From contig JBBFKW010000005.1 in assembly GCA_037481835.1 (NCBI GenBank), positions 64,001-128,000 on the forward strand: a stretch of 64,000 nucleotides of DNA. The letters run 5' to 3'. Within the stretch, counting starts at the first letter, position 1. Each line of letters opens with the position of its first letter. Both the position numbers and the translations under genes were made by a program. This DNA is from Desulfosoma sp. (lineage in GTDB: Bacteria; Desulfobacterota; Syntrophobacteria; Syntrophobacterales; DSM-9756). The notes under the pieces are model-generated. The model was not told the DNA's origin. It saw only the letters and a list, made by a program, of their open reading frames with translations, and ran no database searches. Positions 47,997 to 58,107 of this stretch are shown in pieces.

Positions 47997-49664
47997 TCAC
48001 GACTCGAACAGCAACAGGGGCGGGTCGTAAAAACGTGGGGGCTCGCACCCAAGGAGCTGCATGAGTGTAGCGGCGATATTCGTCAATCCCGGATTTGTCA
48101 CATCAGGATCGATCTTTACTTTCAGCCCTTCGACACCGCTGTAGACGATAAACCAAACGGGATTGAGGGTGTGGGCCGTCTTGGCTTTGGGCTCGCCGTC
48201 GGGATGGCGTTTGGCGAGTCCCGTCTTCTTGTCGATCTCGTACATCTCGTCGGCGTTGCCATGATCGGCCGTGACCAGCAGGACGCCCCCGGCTTCCCCC
48301 ACGGCCTTCATGATCCGTCCCAAGCACAAGTCCACCGTTTCCACAGCGATGTGGGCCGCTTGATAGACGCCTGTGTGTCCTACCATGTCGCCGTTGGCGA
48401 AGTTCAGCCGAATGAAGTCGAACCGCCTCGAGGCGATTTCCTCGAGAACCCGGTCGGTGATTTCCGCCGCCTTCATCCAAGGCCTCTGTTCGAACGGCAC
48501 GCGATCCGACGGAATTTCCACGTACTCTTCCAGGGTTTCGCTGAATTTTCCCGATCGGTTCCCGTTCCAGAAATAGGTGACGTGGCCGAACTTCTGGGTC
48601 TCGCTGATGGCCAGCTGCGTGAAACCCTGAGCGCACAAGAACTCGCTCACCGTCTTTTCGATATGCGGCGGTTCCACGAGGTAACTCTTGGGGATGTGCA
48701 AGTCGCCGTCGTATTCCATCATCCCCGCGTAGGCCACCTTGGGATAGGGCTTCCGCTCAAACTTATCGAAATGTTCTTCTTCGAAGGCCCTGCTGATTTC
48801 GATGGCCCGGTCCCCTCGATAATTGAAAAAGATCACGGCGTCGCCGTCCCGAATCGGCCCTACGGGGCCGTCGGCATCGGCGATGACGAAGGGCGGCAGG
48901 TCTTGGTCGATCACGCCGGGGATTTCCCTTCGGTAAGTTTCAATGGCTTCCTGGGCCGAGGCGAAGAAACGGCCTTCGCCCGCCACGTGGGTTTTCCAGC
49001 CGAGGGCCACCATGTTCCAGTTGGCTTCGTAGCGATCCATGGTGATGACCATGCGCCCGCCGCCGCTGGCGATGCGGTAATCAACCCCGGCCTGTCGGTT
49101 CAAGGCCGCCAGGTACGCTTCGAATGGGATGACGTACTCCAAGGCCGAGGTTTCTCCCACATCCCGCCCGTCCAAGAGGATGTGGATCCGGCACCGGGGA
49201 ATTTTCTCCACCAAGGCGGCGTGATCCAGCATCTTCTTCAAATGATCCAAGTGACTGTGCACGTTCCCGTCGGAAAAGAGCCCAATGAAATGAAGCGTCC
49301 CGTTGTTTTCCCGGCAGAATTCCATAAGACGCCGCCATGTTCTGCCTTGGAAAAGCTGCCCCGTGGCCAAGGCTTCATTGACCAGGCGCGCCCCTTGCGC
49401 GTAGATCCTGCCGGCCCCCATGGCATTATGGCCCACCTCGGAATTGCCCATGTCCGCGTCGCTGGGAAGACCCACGGCCGTGCCGTGGGCTTTGAGCAAC
49501 GTGTAGGGGCAGTGGGCCAAAAGCCAGTCCAGGTGGGGAGTGCACGCATCGGATACGGCGTTGCCCACGGAACTCGAAGAGTAGGCGATGCCGTCCATGA
49601 TCACCAGGACGAGGGGTCGCGGGCCGTCTTTCGGCAAAAGACGCGTCACTTTCATGGGCTCCAT
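47997..49664 (-). CDS. gpmI: 2,3-bisphosphoglycerate-independent phosphoglycerate mutase
   Basis: MGNSEVGH, DGRD, SETQKFGHVTYF, NGDMVGHTG, TADHGNA. Confidence 0.95.
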   Translation of the reverse strand: MEPMKVTRLLPKDGPRPLVLVIMDGIAYSSSSVGNAVSDACTPHLDWLLAHCPYTLLKAHGTAVGLPSDADMGNSEVGHNAMGAGRIYAQGARLVNEALATGQLFQGRTWRRLMEFCRENNGTLHFIGLFSDGNVHSHLDHLKKMLDHAALVEKIPRCRIHILLDGRDVGETSALEYVIPFEAYLAALNRQAGVDYRIASGGGRMVITMDRYEANWNMVALGWKTHVAGEGRFFASAQEAIETYRREIPGVIDQDLPPFVIADADGPVGPIRDGDAVIFFNYRGDRAIEISRAFEEEHFDKFERKPYPKVAYAGMMEYDGDLHIPKSYLVEPPHIEKTVSEFLCAQGFTQLAISETQKFGHVTYFWNGNRSGKFSETLEEYVEIPSDRVPFEQRPWMKAAEITDRVLEEIASRRFDFIRLNFANGDMVGHTGVYQAAHIAVETVDLCLGRIMKAVGEAGGVLLVTADHGNADEMYEIDKKTGLAKRHPDGEPKAKTAHTLNPVWFIVYSGVEGLKVKIDPDVTNPGLTNIAATLMQLLGCEPPRFYDPPLLLFES

Positions 49665-49813
49665 CCTTTGGTTGCCTTCCAGGAACTCTTATCCAGAGCT
49701 CGGCTCTTGGGGCCGGCTTGAAGGGCTTGCCGTCCCAAACACCTCTCAGGGGCACGATCACGCCGCCGCCATGCCCCGAGCCGCTTCTCCAGGGGAAGCG
49801 GCCCGCCCTTTTC

Positions 49814-50593
49814 TTAACGCTCCTTCCACACGGGCTTGCGCTTCTCCATGAACGCCGCCACGCCTTCCTTGGCGTCTTCCGTAGTGCACAATCGTGCAAA
49901 CACCTCGTTCATGTAGTCAAAGGCTTTGTGGTATTCCATGTCGGCGGCGACGTAAAAGCCGCGCTTGGCGATCTGCACAGCGATGGGACTCTTTTGGGCC
50001 AGTACGGCCGCCCAGTCCTGAGCCGCCTTTTCCAGTTCGTCCGCCGGAACGACCCGGTTGAGCAACCCTCGAGCCTGGGCCTCCCTCGCTTCCATGAGTT
50101 CCCCGTAGAGGAGCATCTCCAGGGCGATTTTTCGACCCACCGACTTGGACACGGGAATAACCGGCCCCACACAGTTGAGACCCACATTGATGGCCGTAAG
50201 GCCGATTCGGGCCGTCTCCGCGGCAATGGCCAAATCGCAGGCCGCGACGAGCCCCGCGCCGTTGGCCGCCGCCACTCCATGCACTTGGGCGATCACGGGT
50301 TTGTTCATTTCGCTGATGGTCACCAAAGGGGTTTCCATGCGCTCGATCCACGCGCGCAGCTCCATGGCGGTCTTGCCGCTCATTTCACTGACATCGATTC
50401 CGGCACAGAAATGCTTTCCCGCCCCCTTGATGACGATGACGCGCACCTTGGGATCGGCGTCCAGAGACTTTAACGCCCGGGTCAATTCGTCCGCCAGCGG
50501 CGTCGTGAAGGTGTTGAGCTGGTTCGGGCGGTTGAGGGTTACGGTCGCCACATAATTTTCGCTGACCTCCACGAGCAACGTTTCGTAAGACAT
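49814..50593 (-). CDS. Enoyl-CoA hydratase/isomerase (crotonase) family
   Basis: TLNRP..LN, FCAGID, KPVIAQVHG, EDAKEGVAAFMEKRKP. Confidence 0.9.
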   Translation of the reverse strand: MSYETLLVEVSENYVATVTLNRPNQLNTFTTPLADELTRALKSLDADPKVRVIVIKGAGKHFCAGIDVSEMSGKTAMELRAWIERMETPLVTISEMNKPVIAQVHGVAAANGAGLVAACDLAIAAETARIGLTAINVGLNCVGPVIPVSKSVGRKIALEMLLYGELMEAREAQARGLLNRVVPADELEKAAQDWAAVLAQKSPIAVQIAKRGFYVAADMEYHKAFDYMNEVFARLCTTEDAKEGVAAFMEKRKPVWKER

Positions 50594-50648
50594 CGCGGTC
50601 TCCTCCCCTAGGTTTCCACTTTTTGCATCAAGACCCCACTCCTTGACG

Positions 50649-51737
50649 TCATCGCATGCGGTAGCCCTGAGGCCTTTCCCCCAAGACCACGGGCATCCGA
50701 TCCCGGCTTCCTTCCCAGTGGACCACGTCCAAAGTCACCTTGTCTCCAGGCCGATACCTTCGCAAGGCCCTCATGAAGTCTTCGGTGCTTTCCACCGCAG
50801 TGCCGTCCACGCCCACAATGATGTCTCCCCCCACAACGATGATGGAATTGCCGACCTGGGCCCGGGTTTTGCCGCCGCGAAGGCCCGCCTTGTCCGCCGG
50901 GCCTCCAGGGACCAACTCCACGATCATGGCCCCTTTGGACACGCTCAGCTGCAACGCGTCGGCAAGGCCGGGAGAGAGGGTCATGAGGGTCGCTCCGATC
51001 CACGGGTACCCGTAAGAGCCTTTTTCGATGAGCTCCTTGACGACTTGTTTGACGGTGTCGATGGGGATGGCGAATCCAATGCCCACATTGGCTCCCGTAG
51101 GACTGAAAATGGCCGTATTGACGCCGATCATGAACCCGGAGGAGTCGATGAGCGGGCCGCCGGAATTTCCGGGATTGATGGAAGCATCCGTCTGGATCAC
51201 GTCTTCCACCAAGGCGCCCCCCGGAGCCTGCAAGGTCCTGCCCACGGAACTGACCACCCCCGTGGTCAGGGTCTGCCCCAACCCGAAGGGATTCCCGATG
51301 GCCAAGACCTTCTGGCCCACCTTCAGGTCCTTGGAACTGCCCATGGGGATGACCGTCAAGTCCTTCTTGGGGGCATCGATCTTGAGAACCGCAATATCGC
51401 TGTTGGGATCGGAGCCGATGAATTTGGCCGGGTATTTCTTGCCGCTGAAAAGGGTGACTTCCAGCTTGCCAGCGTCTTCAATCACGTGGTGATTGGTGAG
51501 GATATAGCCCCGTTCATCAATCACCGATCCCGACCCGGCGCCTTGACGGGGCACGATGTTAAAGAAAAAGTCCCGTTCCAAAACCGTGCTCGTGATGTTC
51601 ACCACGCCGCGTGACAGCTTTTCGTAAAGTTCGATATTGTTCTTCTCATCCTCCGTGAGGCTCCAAGCCGTCCCTGGAACCGCCGAAATCGCCGCACACA
51701 CCCACAAGCTCCACACCACCAGCCTTCTTCTGCGCAT
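50649..51737 (-). CDS. HtrA-like trypsin serine protease with one PDZ domain
   Basis: Signal peptide; TNHHV, DIAV and GNSGG triad motifs; PADKAGL PDZ segment. Confidence 0.92.
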   Translation of the reverse strand: MRRRRLVVWSLWVCAAISAVPGTAWSLTEDEKNNIELYEKLSRGVVNITSTVLERDFFFNIVPRQGAGSGSVIDERGYILTNHHVIEDAGKLEVTLFSGKKYPAKFIGSDPNSDIAVLKIDAPKKDLTVIPMGSSKDLKVGQKVLAIGNPFGLGQTLTTGVVSSVGRTLQAPGGALVEDVIQTDASINPGNSGGPLIDSSGFMIGVNTAIFSPTGANVGIGFAIPIDTVKQVVKELIEKGSYGYPWIGATLMTLSPGLADALQLSVSKGAMIVELVPGGPADKAGLRGGKTRAQVGNSIIVVGGDIIVGVDGTAVESTEDFMRALRRYRPGDKVTLDVVHWEGSRDRMPVVLGERPQGYRMR

Positions 51738-51987
51738 CCGCCATCACCTCCGATTCGCCCGGACCGACGGTCCCACGGGGTCCAGCCGGCCGCCGCCACG
51801 GCTCCGTCCAGTGCCTTTTCTGAACTATGGCTCAAACCCCACCCCGTGCCTAGCACAAATTCTTTGATCCCATCTCCTGGGAAACGCTATTCTACCTCCG
51901 TCCCACGAGAGAGGAGCGGTCATGCCGTTAATTCGCACACAAACTACCAAAAACCCTTCGGGTTCGCAAACGGTGAAGGGATTTGCC

Positions 51988-52653
51988 ATGAGCTCTGCCG
52001 CGGCGCCGCTCGGTCGGCTTTTCGCCGAAGCCCTACGTCGCCTTCGAGAGGCCCATCCCTGGACGCACCTGGCGGCCCTCTTCGGTTCGCACATCTTGGG
52101 GGCGTTCTTCATCGACGGCTTCATAAGCAGCCGCCATCCCGGACGCCTCGCGGCTCTTTCCGCCCTTGGAGCGGGCTTGGCCGTCTGCCTTTGGGGCCGC
52201 AAGCGCTACCCCGAGATGCAATCTCCCCCATGGCTCCGCCTGCTCCCCGTCTTGTGCTATGCCTTTTTCATCACGGCCATGTCCCATGAGCCGCTTCGGG
52301 GGGTCCGCCTGCCGGTTTCAGGAAATGCCTTCCATCCCATCGTTTACGCGTGCTTGGCTGTTTTCTTGGGATGGCTCATGATTTCGCTTCTCTACCGCCG
52401 GCTTTTCGTCCCCTTCGGTTTCTGGGTCCTGGCGCCCGGCACTCTTTTCGCCATCTCGGATGAATGGCACCAGAGTTGGGTGCCGGGCCGGTGCAGCAGC
52501 GCACTGGACGTTTTTTTGGACGTCATGGGCTTGGGCATCGGCATAGGGGTCGTAATCTTTCTTCAACGGTGGGCTCCCCGATGGAACCCGAGAAGCGCGG
52601 GGCCCGCCCTTCAGGACCCCATGACGGTCAGGGTCACGGCCAACAAGCCATGA
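51988..52653 (+). CDS. VanZ-like membrane protein
   Basis: HPIVYACL..SDEWHQSWVPGR..DVFLD. Confidence 0.75.
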   Translation: MSSAAAPLGRLFAEALRRLREAHPWTHLAALFGSHILGAFFIDGFISSRHPGRLAALSALGAGLAVCLWGRKRYPEMQSPPWLRLLPVLCYAFFITAMSHEPLRGVRLPVSGNAFHPIVYACLAVFLGWLMISLLYRRLFVPFGFWVLAPGTLFAISDEWHQSWVPGRCSSALDVFLDVMGLGIGIGVVIFLQRWAPRWNPRSAGPALQDPMTVRVTANKP

Positions 52654-53093
52654 GCATAAAGTCCTGCGGCCACATCATCGGCGACGATGCCCAAGCCCCC
52701 TTTCAACTGACTGTCCAAGACGCACACGGGCCACGGCTTGAGGATGTCCATGGCTCGAAAATACAAGACGGCGAACAGGAGCGACATGGGTGTCACGGGA
52801 ATGCCGATGGTGGTCAACAAGAACCCTACGATTTCATCCAGGACTACCTCCCGCGGATCGTCCCGACCCAAACTCCTTTGGGCTTCCCCGCACACCCAAC
52901 AGGCACAAAGAAAGATAAGAGTGAGCACGATGCAGGCCCATCCATAGGGGAGGAGCGAGAGGATGGAAGCCAGTGGAACTCCGGCCGCCACTGTGGCTAC
53001 CGTGCCCGGAGCTTTGGGGGCTTTGCCCAAAAAGCCCAGTCGGGCGATCCTCACGACGATCGACCCCCGAATAACCTGGGCATCAAAGGACAT
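52611..53093 (-). CDS. pgpA: Phosphatidylglycerophosphatase A
   Basis: PKAPGT, DPREVVLDEIVG, FRAMDILKPWP, GGLGIVADDVAAG. Confidence 0.92.
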   Translation of the reverse strand: MSFDAQVIRGSIVVRIARLGFLGKAPKAPGTVATVAAGVPLASILSLLPYGWACIVLTLIFLCACWVCGEAQRSLGRDDPREVVLDEIVGFLLTTIGIPVTPMSLLFAVLYFRAMDILKPWPVCVLDSQLKGGLGIVADDVAAGLYAHGLLAVTLTVMGS

Positions 53094-53197
53094 GAAGGCT
53101 CCTTGAATGTCGTGTTTTGACGCCGCCGGTCATGGCCCCATTCCGGTTTACGGGAGCCATGCCGTTTCCGCGTCGGTTTATCGCACAGAGGTCTTCC

Positions 53198-56100
53198 ATG
53201 AACGAAAAGAGACACTCCGAGGACCTGGATCCCCGTTCGGCCTTCCGGATTATCACGCCGGAAGAGTATGCCCTTTACGGCATCAACCCTCAAGACATTC
53301 CCATGGGCACTTTCGCCGCCCACGACCATCCCTCTTTTCTGCTCAGCCCCTATGGCGGCAACGCCTACGGGTTTGGGCTGCTGGAACAAAACAAGCTGAA
53401 CTCCGACGACTACGATTTCCTCGAGCGCATCGACCTGAGCGACCGGCGGGTCATCATCCGTCACGTGGATCGCTTGAACGAGATCTATAAGAAACTCGGG
53501 CTCCTTATGCGCTTTTCCAGTCAGGGAGCCCCCTACTACCTCATTCCCATCAACCTGGTGGCCCAGTCCATCCAGGACGTCAAAGCCAAAGCGGAAGCCA
53601 TCGAGGAAGTCATTGCGGAGCATGCCCGCTCGACGGGTTCAGAACGGCTGGACATCGTCCTTTTCAGCACCGCCAAGGATCTCATCGCCCACGATTTGAC
53701 CGCCCGATTGTCCAGCCACAGGCTTTTTATCCTGGACGATATCCGGAAACTCAGGGCTTGGCGCACTTTTTTCGATATCGCCGTCTTTCCCCGCGATCCC
53801 TACGATTACCTGCTGGGACATCCGCTCCCCAAACCCACGCGGACCATGTCGCGAAAGAGGCGGTTGTTGCGCTACGCGGCCTACGTGGCGGGAAAGATTT
53901 ACGATCTACTGGAACCGTCGGGGAAGGTCGTCGTCCTCGCAAACTGTCCGGGGTGCGTGGAAAAAGCCTCCGACTACAGCGTGGAATTCCTCAGCGAGCT
54001 TGAAATCAAGAAATTTCTGCTGTTCGGCCACATCTTTAAGACCCACAAGCGATACACCTCGCAGGCCCGCCCCTTTCTCGTCCACCCCATGGATCTTCAT
54101 TTCTATCTCCAGCACGACCCCGTAACCGACAATCTTCTTCGGGAAACTTTCACAGGAACCCGCATCGATGATCTGTCATTGGAACAAATCGACCGCCTCC
54201 CGTACCTGGACCGCCCCATGCCTCTCCGATACCGAAAAGGCGCTCCGCTCCCTTGGGAAAAAGCCTTTGCGCCGTATTTCGATCTCCACATGGTGGGCAC
54301 CACAAGCACATGGGCCTACGAAGACCGCTGGGGAAAGCGCCTGCGCCTCGAGAAAGCATGGCCTAACGATCTTGGGGTTTTTGCCGGCCTCCCGCGTAAG
54401 GCGGCGGTGTCCCAAGAGGAGGTGGAGGAGGCCGCCAAGAAAGGCGGCATGATGGGATGCCAACCGGCGTTGACCGCATCCTACCGGAACTCTTTCCGCT
54501 ACGTCTGCGACGTCCTGGAAGCCTTGGCGAAAATACGGGATGGATTTCTCGTCCATATTGGTGAGGTGGAACGGGATCGCCTCGTCAATCCTTTCCGACG
54601 AAAAGAGCTCAGCGACCACGGATTCTTGCCCATCAGGCAGCTTTTGCGCCAGGTGAACAAATTGAAGGTCATCGAAGAGTCCCTGAACCCGGACCAGCTG
54701 GAAGGACCTTCCACACCCGTTTTGGAAAACCTGGAAAAACTCTCCCTCCACGGCTTCACTCCCGCTCAGCTCGTGGAACTCGTTCTCATCGTCACCGGCC
54801 ACAGCGCCATGAGCCGTATCGTTTTGGGCAAGATGCCCGCCAGAAATCTGAAACCTCTCACCGACGCCGCCTCCCACACCGAAGCCCATGTCATCGTGGA
54901 CCGGCTGCGCATCTGCCGGCTCATGACCGTCGCCGAAATCACGGCCTCTTTCGGACATCCCCTGACGGCGGCCCAAGCTGAAGAAATTTTTCGTATCTAT
55001 CACGACGCCGTGCGCGTTGCCACGAACCGGAACCTGGACTGGGACGCTCTGGAAGACCACCGGATCAGCGAAATGGGCGGGGTGCAATACAAGGCCCTTC
55101 GAGAAATGCTCAAATTCTTTAATCTATTCGACTTCCTTAACAATTGGCATGAATTCCTGGACAAAGGCCCTCTTGAGAGGGAAGTCTTGTGCGACTACGA
55201 CCCGGAAAAAGTCCTGGGGATCGAACAGGTCCTCCAGCTTGCCCGCATTGTCGATCGTTTTCGCTCTCGGGATCGGGACAGCTCCATCCCGCGCCAAACC
55301 TTTTTCTTCCGCCAGTTCCTCCAAACGGAGTTTCACGGCACGGGGCACCTCTTTCCTTCCCTGGGCCCTGAGCTGGGCTTCAAGCTGCTGTGGGTGACAG
55401 TCCAGGTCTGCCCCCATCGGATCGTCAATTTCAATCCCCTCTTGGCACCCATCCCTCCCGAGAAAAAACGGGCGCGATTGGAAAAGATCAAGGAAGCCCT
55501 TGGGAGCCTTCCCGTCGAAAGGATGCGGGAGGAACAGCTGGATGAGCTCCGGAGGAAACTCCTTTCGGGACACCCCACCTTTCTTCCCAATACAGGCCTT
55601 CGGCTTCACCACAATCCTGCCACCAAGGCCACCGATGTCTCCTTTGTGGACGTTCAGGAAAACCTCGAACTCATCGAGGAGCTCTTGGGGCGCTTCGAGA
55701 GCTTGAAACTGCAGGACTTAAGCCTTAAGGACGTGACCAACCTTGAAAGGCTCTTTTCAGAAATATCCAGCTACAAGATATACTTGACCGAAGAAGGGCA
55801 AAGTGAACCGGACATGCACCAGGAAGGGCCTCCAAGCCCGTCCCTCATGGGTCTGAGGCTCGCTTACATCGAAAACAGAATTCGGCACGTTTTCCTTTCC
55901 CAGATCCTCGTCCCGGAAGAAATCTTCAACACGGTGAGCCTCCTGGTGGAACACTGCCCCAACCTCCTCCGCTTCGTCATGCCCGAACTCCATCGCCTCG
56001 GCCAGCTTATGGAACACCGCCCGACGCGAAAGCGCCAGTCGGTGGGAACGTACGTCATGCGATGCCTCGGCAAGTTCCAGGCCCTCATCCTCAAGGATCG

Positions 56101-57901
56101 GGAAAGCTTCCAGGATCTCAACACATTCTATCAAATGGCCAAGCAGGAATTCGGCCCTCTGGCGGCAGAAGATATCGGCGCCAAACACCACCAGTTGGAA
56201 ACCCTGGAGCACTTGGTGGAGCGGATCCAGGAGGAACGGCCCCTCTTATACCAAGCCTTGACACTGGCGTTGCTTTTTCAAGACCTGGGCAAGTTGGACA
56301 CCTACACCGAAGAGCACAAAATCCTCGGACGCATCTGGACTCATGCGGAACGCAGCGTCCACATCCTGCACCACCGGGGGATTCTGGGCCAGTACGGACT
56401 GAAGGAAGAAGTCAAGGCACTGACCTTTGAACTCATTCGCCATCACGGCCTCATCGGTCACGTCATTCAAGGCTCAGAGCCTGCATCCGCCATCTCCCGC
56501 CTGACCGAAACCGACGATAAGGATCTTCTGGACGCCTACGTCCTGCATGCCGTTCTCGCAGCGGCATCCGTGGAAGAAGGCCTTATGACGGAAGATCTGC
56601 TGGACCTCTTTTTGGAATACCGCCATGCAGGCCTCCATGTGATCAAGACGGGCAGTTCCTGGAACGAACACTTCAAAGATAAACTCCGGGACAAGGGCCG
56701 CGCCGTCCTTTACGGATCGGAATCCGTTCGGGAAATTTTGTCCTTTCAGGTTTCCCGTGACGAGATCCCGAGGGTTTACGGACGGGAAGCCGAAGTGGAT
56801 GAGCTCTTGTGGTGCGGCCGGCAAATCGAGGCTTTCGAAAGGCTCTTACGCCTCATGGGCGTGGCTTGGGTGGATTTTCATGATCTCCAAATGCACTTTA
56901 TGAATGTCCCGGTGGCCTTCATCCACCACCAAAAAGGCCTTCGTAGTCTGGGGGTGGATCACTTCAAGAGGTCCTTTTCCCAGTCCTTGGAAATTTTTGA
57001 AGCGCTGCAGCGACTGCCGGCCCCCTTCAGGGCCTATCTCCTTTACAGCCTGGATCCTTACGGGGGGGCGTTTCGCATCTATGACTTTCAGAACCTTCCC
57101 CCCTTCCTGTCGGTGGAAGCGTCCCTGAAGATGCTTGCCGTCGGCGTGGCGGCATACCACCGGCATTTCCCCGGAAAACCCAAAGGAGGACTTGTAAGTT
57201 TTCGTCCGCTCGGCCGGGCCGTACGATACCGGCATGAAACGCTGGAGCAGCACTTGACCGGTCTTTCCCTCGAAAGTCCCGCCGACTGGGGCGCATCGGC
57301 CTCGTCGCCGCAGATTCTGGATGAGTTCCTTTTCATCGAAACCAGCCCGTTCGGCCCCGGTGTTCGATTGGCCTTTCGAGGGAGCGTCCAGGTCGAGGCC
57401 CTCATTCGCTCCATTGCGCAGGCGGATACGCATGAAGAACTCCGGCGTCTCTACAGAGAACAAATGAAGAAAATGCAAAGCTTTCCTTTTACGACCCCGG
57501 AACAAATGGAAAGCGTCAAAGCGGCCTACCACAAGCGCATGGCGGAAATCAGCCGATCCCTCCTGTTTTCCATCCAAAACGACCTGGCTCGTCTGTCCTC
57601 TTTCGCCGAATTGGATGCCTTCCGCTCCAGACTGACCGATTTGCTTCCCAAAGCGGCTCTCTCGGAAGAAGATCATTTCCTGATCCAAGAGATGCTGGAC
57701 CACCACCGCGGTCGGCTTCGCGATGCCTTCTTGACGCACGTGTCCGAAAAGCTGCAGAGGCTGGAGGACAGGGAAGCTTTGATCGCCTATTGGAACGAAG
57801 TCAAACAAGACCTGTTCCGCTTCCGGCACGACATCGGCAAAGAATACGAAGCCATGATCGCCTCGTACATCGACACCAAGCTGCAGCGCACGGAACCCTA
57901 G
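53198..57901 (+). CDS. Very large hypothetical protein (~1567 aa) with degenerate HD-like segments
   Basis: Long uninterrupted ORF; GAGG RBS before ATG 53198; LLFQDLGK..HAERS..LIRHH segment. Confidence 0.85.
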   Translation: MNEKRHSEDLDPRSAFRIITPEEYALYGINPQDIPMGTFAAHDHPSFLLSPYGGNAYGFGLLEQNKLNSDDYDFLERIDLSDRRVIIRHVDRLNEIYKKLGLLMRFSSQGAPYYLIPINLVAQSIQDVKAKAEAIEEVIAEHARSTGSERLDIVLFSTAKDLIAHDLTARLSSHRLFILDDIRKLRAWRTFFDIAVFPRDPYDYLLGHPLPKPTRTMSRKRRLLRYAAYVAGKIYDLLEPSGKVVVLANCPGCVEKASDYSVEFLSELEIKKFLLFGHIFKTHKRYTSQARPFLVHPMDLHFYLQHDPVTDNLLRETFTGTRIDDLSLEQIDRLPYLDRPMPLRYRKGAPLPWEKAFAPYFDLHMVGTTSTWAYEDRWGKRLRLEKAWPNDLGVFAGLPRKAAVSQEEVEEAAKKGGMMGCQPALTASYRNSFRYVCDVLEALAKIRDGFLVHIGEVERDRLVNPFRRKELSDHGFLPIRQLLRQVNKLKVIEESLNPDQLEGPSTPVLENLEKLSLHGFTPAQLVELVLIVTGHSAMSRIVLGKMPARNLKPLTDAASHTEAHVIVDRLRICRLMTVAEITASFGHPLTAAQAEEIFRIYHDAVRVATNRNLDWDALEDHRISEMGGVQYKALREMLKFFNLFDFLNNWHEFLDKGPLEREVLCDYDPEKVLGIEQVLQLARIVDRFRSRDRDSSIPRQTFFFRQFLQTEFHGTGHLFPSLGPELGFKLLWVTVQVCPHRIVNFNPLLAPIPPEKKRARLEKIKEALGSLPVERMREEQLDELRRKLLSGHPTFLPNTGLRLHHNPATKATDVSFVDVQENLELIEELLGRFESLKLQDLSLKDVTNLERLFSEISSYKIYLTEEGQSEPDMHQEGPPSPSLMGLRLAYIENRIRHVFLSQILVPEEIFNTVSLLVEHCPNLLRFVMPELHRLGQLMEHRPTRKRQSVGTYVMRCLGKFQALILKDRESFQDLNTFYQMAKQEFGPLAAEDIGAKHHQLETLEHLVERIQEERPLLYQALTLALLFQDLGKLDTYTEEHKILGRIWTHAERSVHILHHRGILGQYGLKEEVKALTFELIRHHGLIGHVIQGSEPASAISRLTETDDKDLLDAYVLHAVLAAASVEEGLMTEDLLDLFLEYRHAGLHVIKTGSSWNEHFKDKLRDKGRAVLYGSESVREILSFQVSRDEIPRVYGREAEVDELLWCGRQIEAFERLLRLMGVAWVDFHDLQMHFMNVPVAFIHHQKGLRSLGVDHFKRSFSQSLEIFEALQRLPAPFRAYLLYSLDPYGGAFRIYDFQNLPPFLSVEASLKMLAVGVAAYHRHFPGKPKGGLVSFRPLGRAVRYRHETLEQHLTGLSLESPADWGASASSPQILDEFLFIETSPFGPGVRLAFRGSVQVEALIRSIAQADTHEELRRLYREQMKKMQSFPFTTPEQMESVKAAYHKRMAEISRSLLFSIQNDLARLSSFAELDAFRSRLTDLLPKAALSEEDHFLIQEMLDHHRGRLRDAFLTHVSEKLQRLEDREALIAYWNEVKQDLFRFRHDIGKEYEAMIASYIDTKLQRTEP

Positions 57902-58107
57902 GAGGCTGTCCGAGAACTCGATTCTTGCCGATCTGAGCAACGTAAATTCAAATAGTTAGGATGCCATAAAGCACCAAAATCGGCATTCTCGGACAAGCTC
58001 CTAGGAGGCTGTCCGAGAACTCGATTCTTGGCGATCTGAGCAACGTAAATTCAGATAGTTAGGATGCCGTAAAGCACCAAAATCGGCATTCTCGGACAAG
58101 CTCCTAG
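57898..58107. repeat. Two tandem 99-bp MITE/REP-like units delimited by three CTAG
   Basis: Units 57902-58000 and 58005-58103 differ at 3 positions. Ends are GAGGCTGTCCGAGAA and TTCTCGGACAAGCTC (13/15 inverted match). Confidence 0.88.

Noticed and set aside
57898..58107. Possible CRISPR array
   Set aside because: Only two units, the interiors are near-identical rather than unique spacers, and no cas genes are present.
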